The notes under the pieces: model-generated
The model's database searches: none
The model's input: only the letters and a program-made list of their open reading frames with translations
Told to the model about the DNA's origin: nothing
Part shown: in pieces, positions 11,552 through 21,400 of the stretch
Position numbering within the stretch: the stretch's first letter is position 1
How the letters are laid out: every line of letters begins with the position of its first letter
DNA from: Podospora anserina
Taxonomy: Eukaryota
Length of the DNA stretch: 64,000 nt
Direction of reading: 5' to 3'
Assembly: GCA_017654855.1 (NCBI GenBank)
Contig: CM030333.1
Span: forward strand, 2,604,001 to 2,668,000
Position numbers and translations under genes: made by a program

Positions 11552-13647
11552 TCAAATCCTCGTAATCTCCACCCTCGCCCTTTCAAAGATCTTGTGCGCC
11601 AACATCCCTCCCATCTGCTCTTGCTTCGCCAGATCAGGAGGGTAAACCGTCATCTTTGCATACGTCCCCGCTCCTTTCCTCTTGGAAAGATACCCCGGGT
11701 TGATAACCAGCACACTCTCAACAACCTATTCATCATCTGTCAGCACACTCCACCCTTGTCAAAAAGTTCAGGGCTTACAACATAACATACCTTTGCAAAA
11801 GGCGGCAAACTACTCGGCACCACCAACACATCCGGCCTCACATTCACCATCTCCCCCAACTTCAAATACCCCACATCCAACACCGCCCCGGGCCCAACCC
11901 CATCCCCCCTCCCCGTCTTGGGCAGCTTCTTCCTATCCGTCGGCGGGAACAGCGGGAAGTAATGTCTCTGCTCAACCAGATACCTGCACGCCCGTTCCAA
12001 CAACCTCGGCTCCTGCGGTCTCCCCCCAATCAACTCCTCGTGTCTGAGCTCAAAGAGGACATCCTGGCTGCTAATACCAAGGACAATCTCGTTCATGCTC
12101 AGCGTCATGGGGTTGCCTATTACCTTTGCCGCTTTTGGCAAACCGAGTTCTTTGCGGGGGAAGGCGTCTTGAGGCCAGGACACGTGTTTATCTAGTACGT
12201 CACGCACCGAAGGGATGAGGAGGATGGTGATACTCGGGTTGGCGGAAGCGAGGCGGTTGAGGGAGGGGGAGATGAGGTATTTGAACACGGTGGACATTGT
12301 TGCTGTGTCGGGGTCGATGGACGAGAGGTATTCTTCTGGGAGGTCAAAGTCTCCTGACGCAATGAGAGGGTGTTCCATGTCGATGAAGGGGCCGGTGAGA
12401 ACGAGCGCGTCGACGTAGATGTCGGCTGCTTCGTTGCAGAGGGCTTTGAGGGGTTCGAAATCGAGGTTGTCGTCTGCTGTGTACGGGCCAGAGGCGAAGA
12501 TTACGTTCAGAGGGGCGGGGTCGGAGTCGGAGTCCATTGCGTCCGGGCCGCCGCGGAGACGCTGGATATGAGCGCCGAGGGAGTCGGGGGTGGAGGCGGC
12601 GTTGGGGAGGAGGGGGAGGTCGAGGATTTGGTGGACGGTGAATTCGTGTCCGTTGCTGTTTACGCCTTTCAGAGCGACGATTTGGCCGGGGAAGAATTGG
12701 TATCCTCTGAGCCTGGAGACGTTGAGAGGGACGCGGAGACCGCCACCCATTCGGCGCGAGGTTTCGAGGAGTAGGGAAGCGGCGTTGAGTTTGCCTTCTG
12801 AGGAGTCGGAGGCGATCCGGCCAACGGCAACGATCTCGGACGTGCTTTGGCTGGCGGCGCTGCCAAAGGCGGACTCTTCGAGCTTGTGGTGTTGCATAAC
12901 GAGGGAGACAAAGTCGTCTATCCGGTCGTCGAGAATTTCGGAGGACTCGGATACCTTCAGGGCAAGGGGTTTGTAGGCCAATTTCTTCTGGTCAGAGGCT
13001 GCGGTGAGCTTGATTCGGGATTCGCTGAAGGGGGCGATAGGGGGCTCAGGCGCTGGGAGCTGGTCGTTGAGGATCTCGACTGTCTCGCCGGCATTGGCTC
13101 GGTCGTTGAAGGATGATGGTCTATCACAGTCAGCTCCTGCGTAATCCCGCACACATGTTGGAATTGAAGCTCACGGAATAGCACCCGTAGCGTCGAGCTG
13201 GTCGGCCAACTTGACTGGCGAACTGGCTGGCTCAGCCTTGACACGGCTGACTGCTGGCGTCCTCTTTGGGGCAACCTTGGAGGCCCTTCCAGGGCCTGGT
13301 GTGGTGAGGCTATCCAACATTCCAAAAACATCGCCGCCGCTGACTCTGGGGGCCCGTGGTGTTGATGAGATGCCCTTCTCGGTCTTGATCTTTACATGCG
13401 ACCGACTGTTTCTTTCGAGGGTGTCATGCAAGTCTTGCTTGAAGTGTCGCAGTGTCTCGAGAGCTGTTTGTGCTGCGTCTATGTCCATCTTGATGCAATA
13501 TGACTCCCATTTGAAGAACAGGTCCTCGACTGACAGCTGATGGAGGCGCATGATGGACCGCAGTTCGGCGACGACATCGGCTTCGAGCTCCTTGTTCCCT
13601 GAACCGAACTGCTCGTTCAGCTCTGCGACTATTTCTGTTTCCGACAT
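11552..13647 (-). CDS. POL12: DNA polymerase alpha-primase B subunit
   Basis: Exons 13647-13175, 13120-11791, 11725-11552. Motifs FFPGQIVALKG, ASGPY, LTGPFID, PQDAF, HYFPLFPP, VINPG. Confidence 0.95.
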
Positions 13648-13796
13648 GTTGTAATCTTTTCGACAGTTCCAATTCCGTGGATTCAATTTGTTATAATTAG
13701 GTGTCGGTGCTGTGCTGGCGACGTTGCTTGCTTTTGGTTACCTCGACCGAGGGCAGTTACTTGATCAATAATTATTTGGTTGGAGATGTCAAAGTG

Positions 13797-13815
13797 GGAC
13801 GCGTTCGACGCGTCC
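13797..13815. promoter_or_regulatory. Twin MluI cell-cycle boxes (ACGCGT x2) upstream of POL12
   Basis: ggACGCGTtcgACGCGTcc (13799-13804 and 13808-13813), about 150 bp upstream of the POL12 ATG, with a further ACGCG near 13828. Confidence 0.7.
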
Positions 13816-14319
13816 AGGACCACTTAACGCGCTGCGGGGCATTCTAGGCCGCCTTAACTGGGCAGATTGAACAGGGGTTGCGCTGATCTCGGCGCTGAAA
13901 ATTGCGACCCGCTGTTGGGTGCTCCCGAGCCAATGGCAGTGTTCAAACGGTGCCCGAGATGCAATTGAGACTGTTGGAACCGGGGTCTTGGGAGCGGTGG
14001 ACATTGATTTCTGGCTGGGTTTCCCTATCAACCAACTGTTTCGTTGCCCTCTCTCTTGTTTCTTTTCCTTTGCTCTTCAGAACTTGCCTGGCTTTTCTTC
14101 TGCAGCTCCAGTTATTGCAATCTCGTCTGTCTCTTTATAGACCTATCCTGCCAACTTTGCTGCCCATACGAGGCACACGGAGTAACGGCGTCTTGGTTGC
14201 CCGATAGGTAATTGTCTGTTAAATTGGGGCCCCACCCCTTGCCAACTACTTATACCTCTTGCTAACCTCTTTTCAGAGTCTTTGGGCATACATCTCAACA
14301 ACCCTTCCAAGACATCAAC

Positions 14320-15336
14320 ATGGCTGAGGTTCTCAAACTACCATTGCCCTTTCCCATTGCTGGCAGCCAGCCCAAACCACGCCCTTCCTTGGACGCCGAG
14401 CAGCAAAAGAAGTATGACTGGCTTCTCGAGCGAGTGAAGGGCTGGACAGAGATCCCCTCCACTAGCAAGGCTGGCCCTCCCACCGATAGCGAGAAGTTCT
14501 GGCTGACTAAGGAATGCCTGCTTCGCTATCTGAGGGCTACCAAGTGGAATCAGCAGGAAGCCGAGAAGCGTCTGCTCAAGACCCTCACCTGGAGGAGAGA
14601 GTATGGAGTGGAGGACTTGACGGCCGACCATATTTCCCCCGAAAACGAGACCGGCAAGCAGATCCTCTTGGGCTACGACAAGGAAGGCCGTCCCTGCCAC
14701 TACCTCAACCCAGGCCGTCAGAACACCGAGGCCTCCCCTCGTCAGGTCCAACATCTCGTCTTTATGGTGGAGCGCGTTATCGACATCATGCCACCCGGGC
14801 AAGAAACCTTGGCGCTCTTGATCAACTTCAAGCAGAGCAAATCCCGGTCCAACACATCACCTGGAATCGGTTTGGCACGCGAGGTCCTCGACATTCTTCA
14901 GAATCACTACCCCGAAAGATTGGGCAAGGCGCTTATCATCAACATGCCCTGGGTAGTGACTGCCTTTTTCAAGCTCATCACACCGTTCATCGACCCTCAC
15001 ACACGCGAGAAGCTCGCGTTCAATGAAGACATGAGCAAGTACGTACCGACGGAGCAGATGTGGTCCGAGTTCAGCAGCGGCAAGCTCGCTTTCGAGTACG
15101 ATCACAGTCAATACTGGCCAGCTCTGCAGGAACTTTGCAACAGAAGACGGGAGGCTAGGTGGCAACAGTGGGTTGCTGGTGGGAAGCAAATTGGCGAGTC
15201 GGAGGACTACCTGGCTGGTGCGACTGCGGCTGCAGTTGGCTCTGCGACAGAAAAGACTGCCACTGCACCTGCGGTTGAGGGCAAGACGGCCGAGATCACA
15301 GCATCAGAAGCTGCCCCGGCTGTGCCCGCAAACTAG
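14320..15336 (+). CDS. CRAL-TRIO/Sec14-family phosphatidylinositol transfer protein (Pdr16/Pdr17-like)
   Basis: Motifs CLLRYLRATKW, ENETGKQ, LQNHYPERLG, FIDPHTREK. Probable 5' UTR intron at about 14208-14277. Confidence 0.93.
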   Translation: MAEVLKLPLPFPIAGSQPKPRPSLDAEQQKKYDWLLERVKGWTEIPSTSKAGPPTDSEKFWLTKECLLRYLRATKWNQQEAEKRLLKTLTWRREYGVEDLTADHISPENETGKQILLGYDKEGRPCHYLNPGRQNTEASPRQVQHLVFMVERVIDIMPPGQETLALLINFKQSKSRSNTSPGIGLAREVLDILQNHYPERLGKALIINMPWVVTAFFKLITPFIDPHTREKLAFNEDMSKYVPTEQMWSEFSSGKLAFEYDHSQYWPALQELCNRRREARWQQWVAGGKQIGESEDYLAGATAAAVGSATEKTATAPAVEGKTAEITASEAAPAVPAN

Positions 15337-15840
15337 GTGCGCGGTGTCAGAGCACGTGTATAGCCCTTCTTGTGTCTTCCTGGAGCTGCAGTTTAATAAC
15401 CTTACGTAGTCTAATGCTTCTTTTGGCCTTTCACATGTTTTGATACCGGTGTCCAGCTCGGTGACTCTGAGCAAGGCGCCACATTCTTTGTTTGGTTGGC
15501 AGCATTGGCCAGCTAAACGAGCCTGGTTAGCGGGCAGCGGGAGGATTACGCGGCTGGCAGCGCATGGCTTCGGAGACATACGACAGCACAATTGGTCTGC
15601 ATGGTTTCCATCTGGTCAGTACTTTCGAAAAGATAAGACCAAAGACGACACTTTATTCACCTATATATCGGCAGTGTAGCCCGTCTCGGTGGTCGTTGAT
15701 CAGCTTACCCTCAATGGCCAACACCAGCCTCTCATCGATTTACGTACATTCTTCGACCACCAGCCGACGCTTGAAAGCCACAGCGGCCGGATTCGCTAAT
15801 CAAACAAACACCCTTCAAATCCCAAAGCTCAGCCATCACA

Positions 15841-16938
15841 ATGTCAACATCACCCCCAAAAACAACCGAAGCCTGGACTTACACCTCCCCCTCAACCCCC
15901 CGCACAGCCCTCACCCTCACCACCTCCCACCCTCTCAACTTCCCTCCCTCCAACTCATCAGAAGAAACCCTCCTCATCTCCGTCTCCCACGCAGCCCTCA
16001 ACCCAGGCGACATAGTCAGCTTAACCGCCATGCCTTTCTTCCTGCACTCCACCCCCTCCGCCGTCCCAGCCTTTGACTTTTGCGGCACCGTCCTCCGGTC
16101 CCACAACCAGGCAAGATTCTCCCCGGGGGACAATGTAATCTGCTTCCCACCCCTCCCCCACATGCTCAAGACAGGAATCGGCGGTCTCCAGAAGATTGTC
16201 CCCATCCCGGCAAAATACTGCGTCAGACTCCCCCAAGGAAAGAAACCCATCGACGGGGCGGGGTTGATGCTTGCCGGTTGCACCGCCTTGCTTCAAGTCC
16301 GTCAGGCGGGGGTAAAAAAGGGGGATAGAATCCTTGTTGTTGGGGCTAGCGGTGGGGTCGGGAGCGCGGCGGTGCAGATTGTTCGTGATGTTGTTGGGCT
16401 GGGGGGGTATATCGCTGGTGTTTGCTCTGGTCGGAATGAGGGGTTGGTTAGGTCGCTGGGGGCGGATGAGGTGGTGGATTATACGCTTCACAAGGACCTG
16501 CCTGGGTATTTAACAGAGAGGTTTGGTGGGGAGGGGAGGCGGTTTGATCATGTTATTGATGGGTATGGGAATCAGGAGTTGTATAAATCTTGTGCTGGGT
16601 TTTTGAAGGAGGGGGGGGTTTATGATGCGGCTAGTATACACTACGCTTCGTATAGGTTGTGGGATTTGCTGGGGTCGGTGGTGACGATTGGGTTGAATAT
16701 ACTCTGGCCGAGGGCGCAGTGGTTGGGGGGGACGGGGAGGAGGTTCAAGATTTGTAGTTTGGGTGATCCGGGGTTGGAGATGATGGAGTTGTTGGCGGGG
16801 ATGCTTGGGGATGGGAGGGTGAGGGTGGTGAGGGATAGTGTTTGGGGGTGGGGGGAGGTGAAGGAGGGGTTTGATGTGCTGATGGGGGGGCATGCGGCTG
16901 GGAAGGTGGTCATTAGGGTGGGAGAGGGGGAGGAGTGA
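15841..16938 (+). CDS. MDR-superfamily NADPH quinone/enoyl oxidoreductase (Yim1/RTN4IP1-like)
   Basis: Motifs AALNPGD, FDFCGTV, VVGASGGVG, LGADEVVDY, HAAGKVVI. Confidence 0.9.
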   Translation: MSTSPPKTTEAWTYTSPSTPRTALTLTTSHPLNFPPSNSSEETLLISVSHAALNPGDIVSLTAMPFFLHSTPSAVPAFDFCGTVLRSHNQARFSPGDNVICFPPLPHMLKTGIGGLQKIVPIPAKYCVRLPQGKKPIDGAGLMLAGCTALLQVRQAGVKKGDRILVVGASGGVGSAAVQIVRDVVGLGGYIAGVCSGRNEGLVRSLGADEVVDYTLHKDLPGYLTERFGGEGRRFDHVIDGYGNQELYKSCAGFLKEGGVYDAASIHYASYRLWDLLGSVVTIGLNILWPRAQWLGGTGRRFKICSLGDPGLEMMELLAGMLGDGRVRVVRDSVWGWGEVKEGFDVLMGGHAAGKVVIRVGEGEE

Positions 16939-17554
16939 GTTGGGGGGTGGTGTAAGATGTGAGTGAGTTTCTGTAGTGGAAATACTTGAAATACCCTGCT
17001 CTTGGAGGACATACCTAGATAATGGTGATGAACAAACCCTTCCATCATTTTGACTGTGAAAAACTTGATGTCAGGTGAGATAGATGCAGTACTCTGGGTC
17101 CTTGGATGTAGTTGCAAACCGTTCTGTAGGCCTCAGCGCATGCTGAGATATGCCCCTGATAGGTATCTACCTGGCCACGTCGTAGACAAAATAATACCTA
17201 CTTTAAATCAGTAAAACGTGTCACAGCCATAAACCTACATCTCTTTAAAGGGGAAATGGGTCTCTTGTATATATCACAAGGTCTGTTGACCATCTTTCGA
17301 GGCCTACTTACCATCCTGGGAGGCCTGTTGGCTACCTAGGTACCAATTAACAGATACCGGCATCGTGATTGGCCCCCTCACTCCTTTGCGAGGCTGCAAA
17401 CGAGGCCATCAGTATCCGATGTCTCTTCTTCAACACAACCTCTATTCTCATGTCACGACGCTTCTTTTTCCAGAATTCTTCCATCTTCACCGCGTCCCTC
17501 CTCTTGAATAAAGTATTGAAACAGACTATCCTCAGCTACACACCACCCAGCGTC

Positions 17555-18133
17555 ATGAACACCATCCTGTGTGACTGCGGCAAGCGCGTAGCCAACGCCC
17601 AAGCCCTCAAACAACACAAACTCGACTCCCCAAGACACAACACAACCTCGTGCGAATGCGGTGCTCGCTTCGTCACACCCGAAGCCCGCGATCAACACCT
17701 CCGAGATTCCCCGCTACACACACAGAAAGACCATCCTCAAAGCACAACTCAGAGCCCACACAACAACAACAACAACAACAAGAAGAAGAAGACCTCTGTT
17801 CAGAGTACCCCAAACATCCCAGCAGAAACCACCACAGTCCCTGCTGAGCCCAAACCTCTGACTGAAGCCAAGACTGAAAAGCCCAACTTCCAATGCTGCG
17901 GTAAAAAGTTCAAGACCAAAAAAGCCGTGCTCCAACACCAAGCAGACTCGCCAAACCATCACGGCGAAAGCCCAAAGAAAGCTCCAAGAAAGAGAAGAAG
18001 CGGCGATCGAGTCTGGGCCGCACCACAGACATCGAACTACAGATTCCAGTTTCCAGAGTCAGACATGGAGTACGGTGCTTGCGACAAGGACTGCGGCTGG
18101 TGCGGGAACTGCATGAGAGGCCTTGACATCTGA
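17555..18133 (+). CDS. Small protein with three atypical C2H2-like fingers and a Cys-rich C-terminus
   Basis: Three repeats of C(x)CG-x11-H-xx-DSP-x-H and a terminal CDKDCGWCGNC; in-frame ATG at 17555; poly-Asn from (AAC)n. Confidence 0.7.
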   Translation: MNTILCDCGKRVANAQALKQHKLDSPRHNTTSCECGARFVTPEARDQHLRDSPLHTQKDHPQSTTQSPHNNNNNNKKKKTSVQSTPNIPAETTTVPAEPKPLTEAKTEKPNFQCCGKKFKTKKAVLQHQADSPNHHGESPKKAPRKRRSGDRVWAAPQTSNYRFQFPESDMEYGACDKDCGWCGNCMRGLDI

Positions 18134-18485
18134 TAATAACAATGATGCTTATTCGGTTGCAAAGTGTGTGTGTACATGCGACACTACACCAGTTTTTGCC
18201 TCCCATCCCTGGGGCCCCTTAAATACAGCAATATGTCCTCCTTCTCTATACATCTCTGCCAAAAGAACAAAAGCTTGCGCTTCCAACATGCATCAAAATG
18301 GTGGTATAGAACGCCCAAAAACACCCAAATGTTTCCCTTGAGAATGCAGCACCACAAAAAGAAAAAAAGAAAAGAAACGACCCAGTTGGGAATTTTTCTA
18401 ACCAACCACCCCAAAACAAACCAAACATTACTTTTCATACCCCATATATACACCCTCACCCCTCATCACTCATCATTTCCCCCTT

Positions 18486-21400
18486 TCACTTCTTCACCCC
18501 CTGTTGCCGCTCCTGTTTACTCATAAACTCATCAATCGGATTCTCCCTCTCCTCCACCGGCGGCGTAAACTGCCTACTCAACCGGCTCATGCTCGCCCTC
18601 CCAAACTCCGCCGAAGCCATCTTCCTCACCCCCGGCGGCCTCTGCTGCCCACTACCCCCCCTCCAACCAGGCATCAACCCCCCCCCACCACCACCACCAC
18701 CACCGCTCTCCAACCCCGGCCCGGGCGAACTCGCGCTCGTCACAGTCTTCAAGCTCGCCACATCCCCAAACCCAGGCTTCCTCCCCCCCCTCTCATCATC
18801 CCCCTCCTCCGCGTTCCCCCCAACCACAACCGTGCAACTCTCCCCTTTCTCCAACCGATTAGCGTGCATCCCCAACACCTCCATCACACCCTCCATCGCC
18901 TCCATCTCCTGCGCCAGATCCTGATCCGTCGGCCAAAATGTCTTCTTCACCGCCGCAACTCCCAGCTCAAAAACGCATAGCGCAGACAGAGCAAGAAAGT
19001 GAACAATCCACCAGTACCCCTCCTTTCCGTACCCCGTCAAGAAGTTATCACCGACAATGTAAGGACCGAGCGACGGCTTAAAGATGACCGCCAACAAGAT
19101 GTTCCACAGCCACCACCCAAAGATGGAGAGAAACAACCCGACAAAGATGATTACGTTCCTGTTCCTCACTCGCAAAAAGAGCTTGAGGTTGATAAACACC
19201 ACCGCCAGGGAGAAAGCCAGCGTGCCGACCGAGTAGAGGTCTGTCTCGACTGGGTAGGGCGCGAGAGTATAAAGGTAGTAAACGCAGTTGAAGATGATGA
19301 CTGATTCCGTTATTCCCAACACCATCCAGTACACCCAGAGCTTGAAATTGAAACCCTGAGATTTCTGACCAAAGGAGTAGAGTTCTGGAACGGCCAACAG
19401 GGTTTCGGCCGAGAGGTCCGTTTCGAGAATGCCGGGGAGGATGACGCAGAGAGAGGTGAACAGTGTGTTGAAGACGGCGAGGGAGGTGGACTCGAAGATG
19501 GAGGTGCCGGTATAGCCGTTGTAGTGCTGGTATTGAGCCTGGATGAGGTAAAAGACGATTTCTTTCCAAAAGGTGGCCAAAATGTACTTTCCCGTGCGGG
19601 CGTAGCACCAGCGGCCGTGGACAAACAGCAGGCGTGACAAGAAGCGGAATTGGCCAATCGAGTAGTCAGAGATGCGGGCGGCTTGGGTGCCTTCGCGGCC
19701 GTTGATGCCGATGCCGAGATGGGCGCATTGAAGCATGGCCACGTCATTGGCGCCGTCTCCGATGGCGAGGGTCACTGCTGAGGGAACTTGGCGGCGAATG
19801 CATTTGACCAGGTTAGCTTTCTGAGAGGGTGAGGCGCGGCAGCAGATGACCGAGTCGACGCGGGCAACAAGGTCGAAGAAGAGCAGACGAAGTTGGGGGT
19901 CGTCGTCGACTATGGTCAAGGTCTGTCCATCAATGACGACCACTGAATGAGGAGCCATGCCTCGACTGACATCAGTCAAAGTAGCATTAATACGGTCCTG
20001 CAGGTCGCCATGGCTGACGTCGAGAATGTAAACCTCAGAGAAGGGCTTGCAAATTCTGGCCGAGTGGGCAATGTTGATGGCAGTCTCGCGCTTGTCACCA
20101 GTCAACATCCAGACTTTGATGTTGGCTCGGCGGAGCTTGTCGATAGTCTCGGGGACACCCTGCTGGAGCTTGTCTTCAATCGCGGTCGCACCGGCCAGCT
20201 CGTAATCCTGCTCGATAATCTCGGCGGCATTCTCGATCTGTTCCTGGCGATTGACAAGACTGGTGGTAGCCTCGAGATAGATCTCTTTCCACGCCTTGTA
20301 CTCATCCTCTTCCAAGTAGCGGTAAGAGTACATCAGGGTCCGCAGGCCTTCGGTAGCAAAGTCATCAACATGCTGAAAGCACCGCTCAAAAACGGCACCC
20401 TCGTTCACAGCAAGTTGCTCGTCGACCATCCCATCCAAAGGATCAAACGCAGCTAACCGAGCAAGCTCCAAAGACCTGTTTCGCGCCATGGACTGGCGCG
20501 GAGTCTGATAGGCCTCTTCATTACCCGGCGCATCCAAGCCATCAGCTTCACGCCGAGCAAGCCAGTTGTCAAGACCTTCAGAAACCATTGACTTTCGCCA
20601 ACTGCTCTTCCTGTCCAAGGCAAGCGATCTCCGCATGAGATCCATGCTGCGACGCTGTGCCGCCGCCGGGGTCTGCAAACTAGCACGTCGCTGAAAAGCC
20701 TTCTCTTGCTCGACACTCTTGCGCATGCTGGCCCTGCGCTCAACAGCAGTAGCAGTCTGCATAGCAAGAGTCCTCTGCTTCAGCCGAGGCAGGATCACAC
20801 TGTCGGCACCCTTGGTAAAGACACAAATCCTGCCATCCGGCATGCGAAGAACAATCGACATGCGCTTCCGCTTGCTGCTGAACTCAATCACGTCCAGGAT
20901 CTGGTAAGTCTCTTCAGTGTCCGCGCCAGTCCCGTGCTCCATTCTAACAGTGACAGATTCCGTGGTTCTTTTGACGACAATGTATCCAAGCTGTGCAGCA
21001 GCCCTCACCAAAGCCAACTCGTCGGGAGACGCAGCCTGATAATCGATTTTGCCGTTCTCGTCCTCCTCGGGAAGACAAGTGTGGCAAAGAGCCAAACAAA
21101 GGATGAACTGCCGCGCCTGGCGGGAAAAGGGCGTGTTGGGCTTCTTCTGAATGTAGTCAATCATCTCGTCCGTCCTCAGCTCAGGCTGAGCATTTGTCGG
21201 GCGAACAGACGACTTCCAACCAGAAAAGGAAGGCCGCTGGGACATGGAGGGTCGTCCAGATATGGAAGGGCGGCCGCCTTCAGGAGCAACATAGGACACG
21301 TCCATGTCGTGTAGCCATGCTGTGCCCGCCACACTCATCTTGCGGAACTGCATCAGATTCTCAGTCAGAGTGCCCGTCTTGTCGGAAAAGACATAGCCCA

